Below are positions 37,801 through 49,950 of a stretch of 63,112 bases of DNA, piece after piece. The translations under genes were made by a program, and so were the position numbers. Under the pieces are notes generated by a model, which did not search any database, was not told the DNA's origin, and worked only from the letters and a program-made list of their open reading frames with translations. Within the stretch, counting starts at the first letter, position 1. Every line of letters begins with the position of its first letter. Origin of the DNA: Macrostomum lignano (taxonomy: Eukaryota); assembly GCA_002269645.1 (NCBI GenBank), contig NIVC01004043.1:1-63112 (forward strand), written 5' to 3'.

Positions 37801-38805
37801 CACCCTGGAATTGTGAAGGCAAGCTTAAAGGCGTCAGAGAGCGTCTACTGGCCTGGAATTAGATGTGATATTCAAGAAATGACTTCAGCGTGCATTGCCT
37901 GCCAGGAAAGCCAAAGAAAGCCACAGAAGGAACCGATGGTGGCTCAGTGCCTACCGGACTACCCATTTCAGGAATGTGGCATAGATATTTTCCATATTGA
38001 CGGGAAGAATTTCCTGATATATGTTGATAAATACAGTCGGATGATCGAATACGCTAGGATCAACAATACTTCAGCTGCCTCCGTGATTCCCCAACTAAAG
38101 AAGTATTTCCAGACCTATGGAGTTTGCAAGATTTTAAGATCTGACAATGGACCTCCATTCTCGGGAAGAGAATTTGGTTGTTTCGCGAAAGAGTACGGCT
38201 TCAAGCATGCTACATCATCGCCGAAGTACAGCCAGTCCAACGGATTAGCGGAAAGAGGCGTTCAAACGATCAAGAATATTTTAAAGGCAGTTCTGAAGAG
38301 CAATGAAGGCAAGCACATGGCACTGCTGCATTACAAGAACACTCCTATCGAGCATGGAATGCCATCACCCGCTGAGCTAGTCTTTGGACACAAACTGCGC
38401 TATGATTTGCCGATCCCAAAAGCAGATCTAATTCCTAGACAGGTCATGTCCAGGAAAGTACTGCAGAAGCTAAAGGACCAGCAGAACAAGGCCGAAGAAT
38501 ATTACAACCGTGGATCTAAGGAGAGGAGAGAATTTGGTTGTGGAGAAAAGGTTTGGATGCAAGAATCAACACGACGATGGCAGCCAGCAGAAGTGCACAT
38601 GAGAGTGAATGACCATTCTTATAAAGTTCGCGATGAACAAGGAAAGCTACTACGTTGGAAAAAATCGTTTTTGACTCAACGGACTGGAGCAGCAGAAGAA
38701 ATTGCTGTTCCACAAAGAGAAACCCTTGAAGACGCATATTTATACTACCTGTTTAAACTACAGCTTCTCTTTGCAATAACCTTAGCAATCCCTTGTGAGC
38801 CTTAA
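34849..38805 (+). pseudogene. gag-pol polyprotein with one in-frame TAG at 36355-36357
   Basis: ATG 34849; protease CDTGADANV; RT FDATASFHQI and FIDD; RNase H VDAS / EKELLAI / SDHKPL / DTLSR; integrase H-H-C-C, GIDIF, SDNGPPF, NGLAERGVQTIK. ORFs 34825..36357 and 36415..38805 share a frame. Confidence 0.9.
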
Positions 38806-39045
38806 CATCTTAGCTATTCCTTTTGCAAGCATTAACATCTTAGCTATTCCCCTCGCAAGCATTGACATCTTAGCAATGCCTCTCCATAAACCTTGCAATC
38901 TGAAAAATCCTAACCCTAACTATAACCCTAAGCTTTCACATCTCAGCAATTTTTCTCCCTTAAGCCTTGACATTTTAGTGATTCCTTCCCAAGAATCACA
39001 GCACTATAGCAATTCCCCCCAAGCCTTGACATTGTAGCAATTCCG
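38780..39045. repeat. Decayed minisatellite related to the 7153-8700 family (mirror at about 60330-60595)
   Basis: GAGCCTTAACATCTTAGCTATTCC and AAGCCTTGACATTGTAGCAATTCC resemble GAGCCTTGACATCCCAGCAATTCC. Confidence 0.6.
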
Positions 39046-42000
39046 AAATTAAAAATGAATTTTTTAACTTTGAAATGATTCTTTTTTATGTCTTTTATAT
39101 GACATTTCTTTTGTCTGACATGATGCTTCTTTTATTATTCCTACATCTATTATTATTTTTTATATGATACTTCTTTGAATTTTAACATGACAGTTTTATG
39201 ATTTTTTACATGATGCTTTGTTTTAAAAAGTTTTTTTAGTTTTGACATTAGAAAGCTTTAATTAAAAAATATTCTACTCTCTCAAAATTTGAACTATCAG
39301 TGCTGCATTTAGCAGTTTAGTCTGTTTACCGGCTCTAGGCTAGCCATTTATCATATTATCATTTTGATAACATGAATTTTAGCACTTATAATTCCACACT
39401 TTCAAAACTCCAAGCATAGAGTAAATCACACAAAGCATTTATTATATAATAAATTTCTCAGTTGGTCAGTATCAGTTAACAAAATGATTATGCAATCTGG
39501 TGCTACATTTCTATAGTGCATTTTCAATACTGTAACAAAGTTACAATTCAGTTATGATGCAATCTATTTTAGAATCAGAATTCAACCAGTCAATTTTGTC
39601 TCTAGCATTCTTACAATGCATTTCAAGATGAAAATTTTGCTTGACCTTTGCAAAAAAGCATCTTTTTTAATACTTAATCCCTTTAGCATTGAGCAATTTC
39701 TCATTGAGTAAAGACACATGTACCATCATAGGAAAATTTTTGATCAAACAGTGCAACTGCAAGTCTCATGAAAATCTACTAAGCCATTTTTTTCTAATTG
39801 ATTATATAGATAGATAGATTAACACAGATTGACCATTTTTCGTATATGGGATAGCAAGGCTAGCCTAGCTTAAGTCATTATGAATATGATTCTACTAAAT
39901 AATAATAATAAGTACTAAGTCAATAAATTAAATATCAATAAATGTCAATAAACTAGCTATAGGAACTTATTAATTGTACAAATGGCTAAGTTAGAAAAAC
40001 TTACTAATAGTTCTTATTAGAATAGCATATAAATTTATCATTGATTTTGATTCAACTATCACATGCAAAATATTATCTATCTTCTATGACTATTTTGATA
40101 TTGGAATTAAAAACTCAATTTCTTGCCTATCATACATATATTGGTAATATATAACCTACTTAGGGCATAGGGGCCTATCAAAAATAAATAAATGTGCACT
40201 AATAATATTGCATTAAAGGTCAGTTTAGTAAGTTTAAATAGTTGAATAGGTCTATAGTCTATATAATATATATACTAGGCTTTACTTTTTATTATATTTT
40301 ATTGGCTTTGCATTTTAAATTATCTTTTATACTAGAACTAGAACTAATACTATTTTTAAATGTTTCTCTTCAATTTTTTTAAATATAAAATTCTAAAAGA
40401 CCTATTTTGTCACAGATTGTCTGTTGTCAGTTTAAAAAGATATTTTCTATGAAAAAAACACAAGTTTGTTATTAAGGCATTCCTTTGGTTTACAATCATT
40501 GAAATTAGTGACAATCTTTATTGGAGAGATAGGGAAGATACAAAATTGTTTTTTTATTTCATCAAAATGCAAAAAACAGTAGACAAACACTCTAATCCTT
40601 TTTATTTATCTATCATAATACTAGCTGCATGTTCAAATGAAAAAAGAAGGTAAAGGGGTTACAGTGATCTATTTCACAGTTCCAAGAATCCAAAGATGAT
40701 CCTATATATCTACTTCAGTTTATGATCATCTGAACAAAAGCAATCTATGTAAATAATCGTGAACTGAAGCTAGCATGTGTGTAAGGTGGTTAGTGCATGA
40801 ATTCAATTTCCAAAAATGAATCCAAAAAGATGATCCTATATATCCACTTTAGTTTACGATCATTTAAATGGAAAAGATGCATGTAAATGATTATGAACCA
40901 AAGCTAGAATTGCCTTTTCCTAACAATTTCTAACAATTTGAAGGCAGCCTCCTAGCAGTGTTGATAGACTTAATAGTTGGTTAATGGTCTTACTCTTAGC
41001 AAGAACTAATTAAAACAAAAAGCCAAAATATAAGTCAAAGTGCTTAACTTCCTCTCCCTCTAACCAACTCATCCTTTTGGGCCATAGACATTCTTAATAA
41101 GCATCAGAGCTACATTGGACACTATAGTCCAGAAAACTATGAATACACACTATAGCCAAATAAAATCTCCCATAATTTTTTTTGGTATGCCACTATAGGC
41201 CTATGCCAAACTTTTTCCAACTCAAAATTGTAATCCCAGAAAAAACAAGCCTCATTACAAGCCTTGTTTCTGGTGTTACAATGTACCAATTGACCTTTTT
41301 TTGCTCTTTTGTTTCACTTTTTTGGTTTTTTGCTGATAGGCCTACTCTTTGTAGCAAAACATCAATACATGCCAAGATTTCTTTCATTCTTTCAAAATAA
41401 TTACTTTCCATTTTTATTTACTATTTTTTAAATTTGATTCCGTGGCAGTATGCCACTTTTTCACTATTCATTTTTATATACCAGTGTAGCCAAATAAAAT
41501 GCCAGATTTAAAAAAAAATTGTACACTAAGTGTATACCAAAAGCTATGAGTCTGGATTGCAAAGCCCCTCTTCTAGACTATGGATTAGACAACATGTGTG
41601 GGATTTTTATCTTTTTAAAAAATATGTACTTTTTATTTTGCAATTTAGTCTGAAGTGTACTTTTCAGTTAGCCAACTCTCTTTGTCTACCACACTCCTCC
41701 CTATTAACAATCCTAACCATAAATTTACCACAGATATTTCAGCTAGGCCCTAACCTATTTGCTAGGCCTATGTTAGTATAAATATAAGTTTAATTCACAG
41801 CCTAGGCCTTTCACTTCTTTTTGCCCTAGGCAGTTGTTATTTGTCTAGTGACCGTGACCAGACGTCGGATGAATAGCGATGTGGTTATTTGTCTGGTTAC
41901 TAGATAATGGCCATGCTTTCTCCAAGGACCACTAGGCCTAGAAGACTTCTAGTGGTCCTTGGCTTTCCCATTTATCTAGTTAATACCAGATGAATAGGAT

Positions 42001-42199
42001 TTTTGTTATTTGACTAGTTAAATTGATAATGCTAGTTGAAAATATCTATTTTATAGGAACTATAAAGGTAAATATTCCTAGACTTCAAAGACTTCTTACT
42101 CGTATCTTGATTATTATGTTGTTACACTAATTGTCTAATGTATGTCATTGTCTTTTATACCAAATTATGCTAAATTGAATACACTGCTTTTTTATACGT

Positions 42200-42360
42200 A
42201 TACCTTAGTCGGGAAGGTAGCATAGTGTGCGCCAGAACTATTTTGATGGCTTTTGACCACTGTGCGCCGTGCGCCGTGAAGAAAATATTTTGTGCGCCGC
42301 AGCACGCCATGATAAGGTAAGTCTAAGCCAAGGTAAGGTAAGGTAAGGTAAGGTAAGGTA
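42200..42360 (+). mobile_element. Possible short retroposon remnant ending in an (AGGTA)n tail (mirror at about 57013-57175)
   Basis: GC-rich 130-bp island followed by about 7 AGGTA units in AT-rich DNA; no TSD identified. Confidence 0.3.
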
Positions 42361-42689
42361 ATTAATAATTCACTGGTAAACAAATTTGAATTTATGGTAG
42401 ACAAATTTGAATTTCATTTACGTATTTTACAAGCTGTTGAAACCCGCGGATTTTGAACCCGGGGAATTTCAATCCCTGGAACTATTTTTGCATGTACTCG
42501 TATTCTAAAATCTGAGGTCAAACTCAAACAAAAACTTGTTAATATATAGTTAGGTTAGAATTAAACATAAAATAGAGTACATTCGTGAAAAATTAGGATT
42601 TGAGGCAAACATTTATATTGTTGGCTGGGGTGCTGCGAACAGGCAAACTCTGGCCTCTGCCTCTCCTTATGTCCCTTGGATCCTTAAAA

Positions 42690-43759
42690 ACTTCGACCTT
42701 CTCTTCTGTTTCCTCTCCTCTCTCTCGTCTCTGTCTCTTCTCTCTCTCCTCTATCCCCTATTCTCTCGTCTATTCTCTCTCCCTTCTATTCTTTTATCCC
42801 TCCTCTCCTCCCTCCTCTCTACTCTCTACTCTCTCCTCTCATCTCTTCTCTTCTTTCCGCTCTCCTCTCTCCTCTCTTTTATCGTCTCTTCCCTCACCTC
42901 TCTTCTCTCTCGTCTTTGCTCTCTTATCTATCTCTTCTTTCTCCTCTTTTATCTTTTCTCTCTTCTCATTCTTTCTGCATGTTTTCTCCTCTCTCTTTCC
43001 CTCTCTCTCTCTCCTCTCTCTCCCTCTCTCTCCTCTTATCTCTCTGCTCTCTCCTGTCCTATATCTCTTTCTCCTCTAATCTCTCCCCTGTTTCCTCTCG
43101 TCTCTCGTCCTTTCTCCTCTTTCCCCTGTCTTCTTGGTTCTCTCCCCTCCCCTCCTCTCTCCTCACTCACTTCTCTCTCCCTTTGTCTCACCTCTCATCT
43201 CTTATTTCTATCCTTTTTCTCCCCCTCTCCCATCTCTTATCTGTTCACTCTTGTCTCTGGTCTGTCATCTCTCCTCTCTCATCTGCCATCTTTACTCTCT
43301 TATACTCGTATGTTCTCTCACCTCTCTTATCTGTACTCTTCGATCTTTCCCCTCTTTTGACTCCTCTCTTTCCTTTCTCCTTTTTCCCTTCTTTTCTCTT
43401 CCCTCTTCTATTCTCTCCCTCTCTTGTCTTCTCTCTTCTCTCTTCACTCTCCTCTCTCCTCTCATATATCGCGTTCACTCTCATCTTTGCTCTCTACCCC
43501 CACTCTCTTCTGTCATCTTTACTCTCCACTCTCCTGTGTACTCTTCTCTTTCCCCTCTACTGAATCCTCTCTTCTTACTCCTCTTCTCTTCCCTCTTCTA
43601 TACTCTCTCCCCTCTATTCTCTTCTCTTGTCTCTTTGCACTCTGCCCTCTCTTCCTTCATCTCTCATCTCTACTCTCTCATCTCCACAATCTCATCTCTT
43701 TCCTCTCTCCTCTTCTTCCCTTTACTTTATCATCTCTCCTTTCTCCTCTCTTCTTTCTC

Positions 43760-43807
<48 letters not shown>

Positions 43808-44135
43808 TCTTATTTCCTCTCTTCTCACTCCTCTCTCCCTCTCTCTCCCTTCCTATCTCCTCTCTGTTCTCTATTCTCTATTCTCTTCTCACTCTTCTCT
43901 ACTCTCCTCTCTCATCGATCCTCTGTCTCATCTCTCCCCTCTTCTCTCTTCCTCTTCTTACCTCTACTCTTTCCTCTCCCTCCTGTCTCCCCTCCTCTCG
44001 CTTCCTCCTCCCATATTCTCTGCTCTCTCCTCGTTCTCACCCCACTCGTCTCTCCTGTTATCTTATCTTTTCTCTTACCCCCTCTCGCCCTTCCTCTCTT
44101 TCTAATAGTATATTCCTTTTCTTTTTCACTCTCAT
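42690..44135. repeat. 1.45-kb polypyrimidine low-complexity tract including perfect (CT)n at about 43764-43803
   Basis: Almost exclusively C/T on the + strand. Confidence 0.95.
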
Positions 44136-44479
44136 CTGGCCAGCAGCCATGTGCCCATGACTCCATGAGCTGGATTCTTTATCTGGCCTTTGAGTTAAAA
44201 ATCTACCGATCCCTGCTTCGAAAGCTAGTTTGTGGGATGTAGTACTATCATGGTTATCATTTCTCATGCTTTAATCATGTCACCTTTCTGGCCAATTAGC
44301 AGCCCTGAGAGGAATTTGTGTATCTCCAGCTCCACCACCACAGTCTGCACTCTGCAGCAGTCTAACAACCAAGAAAATACGCATTTCTTAGGAGTCATTT
44401 AAATTTTAAAGTTACCCTATGCGAAACTTTATGTTAAAAGCTTCATGGTGTAACTAATTTAGTAGGATTGCATTGTAAT

Positions 44480-45369
44480 AAGTTATTCATTAATTTTTCG
44501 CTATTTTTACAAACCATCCCGCATCGCCTTGATTTGCCTGTTTGCCATCCACTGTTAAACTGCTGCAGACTTGTCTATACAGAGGACAGTGGATTGAATC
44601 TCTCGCTGAAACTGTCTCTCCTCTCCACGCCTCTCCACTCGCGGGGGTGCAGAGAAGGCTATTAAAAGTTATTCCAAAACACTGTACGTTGCCATGTACA
44701 TTCAGCCCTATCGCCTGACCCTTCGTCTGGGCTGGGGGAATGAGTGAGTGAGTGGCACAAACAACAGAAAAAGCAGACAAACTTCACATGCTTACAGTTT
44801 CCGCCCTGATTGAGATACAGAGTTGAGACTTTACATGTAGGCAGAGAATGAGTCAATAAAGAATTGTGTCAAATTTGAAGTCAATCGCTTCACGTGGAGC
44901 AAAACTATGGCAGCCGAAAGTTAGGCATTTTAAAACCTATTCACACCCTTTGCCCAGATCGGGAAAGAGAGGCAGGCGGGCAGAGGTTGGGGTGGCTGCT
45001 CACTGAAAAAAAACAGCCTAACTTTAAAAGTGCACAGCGGCTTTCAGGATTAACTTTGAGATTTGAAATTTTACACAATTGTGTCAAAATAGTTGAAAAT
45101 TGCCTGTGTCAAATTTGAAGAGAATTGGTAGAAGTGGAGCGGCGCTATGGAGGATTAAGTAAAAAAATCGCGCATTTTGAGCAGTTTTTTGTACTTTTAT
45201 CTAGGAAGACTTGAGTCTAGGAAATTTTAAGGTAGCCTAAGACATTCTCCGTAGTAAGTTTAGGATGGGTGTAAAGTTTGGTGTCATTTGGTTGAGTGGT
45301 TTGGGAGTCCATAGCGATCAAAATTGTCCACACACAGACACACAGAGTTTTGATTTTTATAGTTAGAGA
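44480..45369 (-). mobile_element. Possible non-autonomous Helitron-like segment (mirror at about 53698-54590)
   Basis: Minus strand begins A|TCTCTAACTATAAAAATCAAAACTCTGTGTGTCTGTGTG, resembling Helitron 5' ends; no convincing 3' hairpin-CTRR found, so that boundary is approximate. Confidence 0.3.
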
Positions 45370-45634
45370 TATAGTGATTTATGTAATTTTAGTACTCTTT
45401 GATAGCATAACATTTTATTTTACGAATTATGGAATTAGGCCTGACACTATATATTTTGCAAAGTATAGGCCCCCCTAACAAAGTGTAACTATATATTTTT
45501 TCAGCGCCATGCACCATGTGCGCTGCCAGAGCATTTCCAATTTTTCCTTGTACCCCGTGTGCACCATGTGTGCCAAAAAAGGGCCAATTTGTGCTGGAAA
45601 ATTCACCAAAAACTGCCACCTTCCCAGCTATGGT

Positions 45635-45823
45635 CAGTGGCGCAACCAGGGGGGGGGCGGGGGGGGGGGGTTGCCCCCCTTAGGCGGGGGACCAAAAAAA
45701 AATCAAAGGGGAGACCAAGCAAATTTTTGCTAAAAACAGAGCCACCCGTCCGCCGCCCCCCCCCTCCTAGGACTTTACCCTCAGAATCCGCCCCCCCTTT
45801 AAAAATTTCTGGTTGCGCTACTG
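45635..45823. mobile_element. hAT-type MITE, 189 bp, TIR CAGT(G/A)GCGCAACCAG, 8-bp TSD GCTATGGT
   Basis: TSD at 45627-45634 and 45824-45831; 15-bp TIRs with one mismatch; G/C-run-rich interior. Confidence 0.88.
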
Positions 45824-48047
45824 GCTATGGTATGTATACTAATATATAATAAAATATTAATCAATATACATGATTTATGAAAAGGTCTTAAAAATCTAGA
45901 ATATTCATCACGAAATAAATAGCAATTTATACAGTTAGCAATTTAACTGGACAAATAGTAAAAATGCTATTTGTCTAGTCACCAGATAAATAACAACTGC
46001 CTTTGCCCTACTGGCTACTCTAAAGATAGAAAAAATGCTTCAAAAAACAGTTTTATTGTTTTAATACCTTGGAATATTTCCAAACATGCTAAAATCAGCT
46101 TCTCAAGTGGAGAAAGTGTGAAAAAACATTGAAAAAATAGTTTAACAAACAATTTAAGAGAAGAATGCCAATACCAAATAAGTGATTCAGCATTCAGCAG
46201 GAACTTCATGCATCAATCGATCAATGAAGAAGAATATTGTCAAGTTCTAATCTAGAGGACAACATTTTTAGGCCATAGTCTAAAGCTATACGTATAAAGC
46301 TTCTAATGGGCCAAGGCCTAGCCTAGCTGGGAGCCTGGGGCTAGCCCTAGGCTACCTAGCTCACTAGCTGTAATTTGAACAGGCCTAAGATATAATAGGA
46401 CTTAGCGAAGTTAGCGACTCAACTTCGAAGATTTCGGATCCTGAGAACTCCAAGTGAATGTCTCTAATAAAGCTTTAAGTAATGTCTTAAGAAAAGTAGT
46501 GTTATTTATTCTTCGATATGACCCGACCCCGCCGACCTGTTACGCCTTTAGTAGGCCACCTCATATAACAACAAAAAACGTGTTGAATCTAGTTCAAACT
46601 TGTGCTAAAACTTATTTTTTAAACAAATATTGTTTTTTAAAACTTTTTTGTTTTTCAATTTTGGTTTACTTTTGATTTTAAAAACTAAAAAAAACTTATA
46701 AATATATAAAATTTGCAGGCATCCAAAACTTGTTCATGATTTTTAATAAAGAATTTGAATTTAATAAAATTTTAAAGAACTGGGAAGGCCCGGCCGGGCC
46801 TGACGACGGGTACTAACTACTGAATTCACCGGCACTTGGGTTCACCGGATTTTTAACTTTATTTTTAAGGCTTAAAAATATACATAATCGATAGCGCAAG
46901 TAAAACTAGAGATGCGCCTAGATTTTTGGCTCTGCGCGTTGCCCCTGGACATCAGGAGGGCGATTTTTGTTATTTTTTGGGGGGTGAAACCGGCGGTGAA
47001 CCCAATAAATCCTTCCAGAGAGCTGAAAACCTGTCATGCAATATTTCAAAGCAAAATATAGGCAGATTTCGACGTGCGCATAAAATTTCAGCGTTGCGCG
47101 TTGCTCCTGAACTGCAGGAGAACGTTTTTTTGTTAAATTCCGGTGTTGAATGACTGCCGCTGAACTCCGCGGTGAACGAAATTAAGTGCGTTTCCCGAGT
47201 CGAAAAATAGTAAATTTTCCTATTAAAAAAGTTATCAAATTAAAGTTTTATCACTTTCATCAGCATTTTTGCACTCAATTTTGTGTTGACTGTTAAGCTA
47301 TTTATTTTAATGCAAAGCGAAAACATTAAAAAATATTTCGAACTGCGAGTCTTTATTGCGCAACGTGGCAGCAGGCAGTTACAGCGCACTTGCGCATAAA
47401 AAATACATTATATTTATACGCCGTGTGGTATTTTTGTGGCCATACTTAATAATGAAGCCTTTTATGCTGTTTTACTTCCTATATTTTTAGATTTATTTTT
47501 CAATTACGTCTTGAAACATGCAGTCAAAGTGTTAATATCAGTATAGGCAATAAAATAAAATTGGCATTTCTTGGCTTGATGCTTTTTACAACTTGTTAAA
47601 ACCTCTATTTTAATATTTCTTCTCTTCTAATAAGTCAAATTATAAACATAATATCTATTTAAGATTCCATAGTGCTTTTCCATTAAGTATAAATTCAATT
47701 ATATCAGGCAGGCACTTAGTATACTTTTATAAAATAATAACTACAACATGCAATAAAAATATTGACTATACTAGCCTATTTAATTACTTGTAATTTTATG
47801 TAATATTACTAGCCAATAAATATTTTTATATTTGATTTCATTGTAGTTATAAAAAATTTAAAAAATTCTGTATATTTATAACATTGTTGACTCATAAAAT
47901 TCTTTCTTGTTTTTTCTCCTAACCATAATTAATATTTCAAAAAATATACATCAAGAATTATTAATTTTTCTTGATTTGTAAATAAAAATATTACCCTGCA
48001 ATTTTCAATATTTTTCATGTATTTTATGTAAAATGCGCAATTTCATG

Positions 48048-49065
48048 TGTTTTTTGTGTTTCCATCAGTTTAGCTTGGGCTAACTAGAAACTGCAGACTG
48101 ACAGAATGCATTTCTTACTCCGGGATATTGCTTCTTTCTAAGTTAAAGAGACCAATATGCTCATTAGGAGTAGCTTTATGCCCAGAAGCACAGTACGCAC
48201 AATAAATTGTGTTTTTTGTGTTTCCATCAGTTTAGCCTGTTATTGGGCTATCTAGAAACTGAAGACTGACAGAATGCATTTCTTTCTCCGGGATATTGCT
48301 TCTTTCTAAGTTAAAGAGACCAATATGCTCATTAGGAGTAGCTTTATGCCCAGAAGCACAGTACGCACAATAAATTGTGTTTTTTGTGTTTCCATCAGTT
48401 TAGCCTGTTATTGGGCTATCTAGAAACTGAAGACTGACAGAATGCATTTCTTTCTCCGGGATATTGCTTCTTTCTAAGTTAAAGAGACCAATATGCTCAT
48501 TAGGAGTAGCTTTATGCCCAGAAGCACAGTACGCACAATAAATTGTGTTTTTTGTGTTTCCATCAGTTTAGCCTGTTATTGGGCTATCTAGAAACTGAAG
48601 ACTGACAGAATGCATTTCTTTCTCCGGGATATTGCTTCTTTCTAAGTTAAAGAGACCAATATGCTCATTAGGAGTAGCTTTATGCCCAGAAGCACAGTAC
48701 GCACAATAAATTGTGTTTTTTGTGTTTCCATCAGTTTAGCCTGTTATTGGGCTATCTAGAAACTGAAGACTGACAGAATGCATTTCTTTCTCCGGGATAT
48801 TGCTTCTTTCTAAGTTAAAGAGACCAATATGCTCATTAGGAGTAGCTTTATGCCCAGAAGCACAGTACGCACAATAAATTGTGTTTTTTGTGTTTCCATC
48901 AGTTTAGCCTGTTATTGGGCTATCTAGAAACTGAAGACTGACAGAATGCATATATCCTAAGTTTATGCTCACTTTATGGATATTTGTGTTTTTTGTGTTT
49001 CCATCAGTTTAGCCTGTTATTGGGCTATCTAGAAACTGAAGACTGACAGAATGTATTCCTTTTTA
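48048..49065. repeat. 168-bp tandem satellite, 5 units plus a partial unit
   Basis: TCCATCAG anchors at 48061, 48223, 48391, 48559, 48727, 48895 and 49000. Confidence 0.95.
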
Positions 49066-49347
49066 CGGATATTCCTCGTGTTGCTGATATGTTGACATCA
49101 ATGTTGTCACAAGAAATTTTTTGTCGTGCCATTGTCAAAATTGGCAATGTTGTTGCAACAACATTGATACATCTTTACTACTTTACTATGAGTAGTGCAG
49201 CGAGAGTTGTAAATGAAATAAAGTAAGGCATAAAATTGTTAAACCAGAATTATTTTAGCTCTGAACATACCTGCTATTCTAATTCAAAAGAATGGAAACG
49301 TGTTTTAAAATTTTTAATTAGTAATATATTTGAGGTTTACAATTCGA

Positions 49348-49950
49348 AGTTTTTCTCACGAATCAACCTCAACCAGTCGTATCTACAGCTGCCTCTGCAC
49401 GATGACGCCAAGAATCTGACCTGCTTCTACACCGAATTCGGCCTCTACCGTTTCAGACGCATGCCGTTCGGCATCAGCTCGGATCCGGCGGCCTTCCAGA
49501 AGCTCGTCGGCAAGATCCTCCAAGGCATCAGAGGCGTCGTTCACTATCAAGACGACATCGCCGTTCACGCCGGTACTGAAGCTGAGCACGAAAGTCGCGT
49601 ACTTCAGGTACTGGACAAGCTGCTGCAGCATCGAGTAACCGTCAACCTCAAGAAGTGCAACCTTCAAGGCGTCGGAGATCGAGTTCGTTGGACACCGCGT
49701 CAGCGCAGCGGGAATTCAACCTCTCCAGTCGCACACCGAGTCCGTATCGGGACTTAAGGCACCCACCAATACGGCAAAGTTAGCCTCATTCCTTGGCTTT
49801 GCAAAGTTCTTCCAGTTCTACATCAAGAACCTGTCTCACGTCGCCGAGCCGCTAACAGCGCTCCTGCGCAAGGACACGCCATGGAACTGGGACGCAAAAT
49901 GCGAGATGGCCTTCAGCGAAGCGAAGCGTCTCATCTCATCAGCACCGTGC
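49348..49950 (+). mobile_element. Gypsy RT fragment of a second family, defective
   Basis: FSRINLNQSYLQLPL..GLYRFRRMPFGISS..HYQDD..LKKCN, then a +1 C frameshift near 49661 to FKASEIEFVGH..SFLG..EPLTALLRKD..W.W; first catalytic Asp appears as Asn. Confidence 0.88.

Larger units (their letters stand above)
34607..38740 (+). mobile_element. Ty3/gypsy LTR retrotransposon, Mag-like, 3'-truncated (no PPT or 3' LTR found)
   Basis: Order gag-PR-RT-RH-IN in one frame; tandem zinc knuckles CSFCGKKHKKGSCPAYGKTCKSCGKQNHFSNVC; sequence turns to AT-rich flank at about 38740. Confidence 0.92.
41829..46001. mobile_element. Non-autonomous TIR DNA element, 4173 bp, 9-bp TSD TTTGCCCTA (MULE- or Merlin-like)
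   Basis: TIR GGCAGTTGTTATTT(G/A)TCT(A/G)GTGAC at both ends; TSD at 41820-41828 and 46002-46010; repeated subterminal TATTTGTCT(A/G)GT motifs; no transposase. Confidence 0.82.
36261..47201 (+). repeat. Left arm of a large inverted duplication (extends further left if the right arm continues past the window)
   Basis: Reverse complement matches 51858-63112; mirrored ORFs throughout the track; match ends at ..TTCCCGAGTC 47201. Confidence 0.97.

Noticed and set aside
39050-41800. AT-rich segment and its short mirrored ORFs (e.g. 41182-41781)
   Set aside because: Very AT-rich, no motifs; ORFs recur only because of the duplication
42600-44242. Long Leu/Ser-rich 'membrane' ORFs and the mirrored set at 55132-56774
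   Set aside because: CT-only sequence cannot form stop codons; purely compositional
46455-46822. Possible Helitron (GGCCCGGCCGGGCC hairpin then GACGGGTACTAACTAC)
   Set aside because: The end is CTAC rather than CTRR and the 5' TC is not preceded by A; suggestive but unsupported
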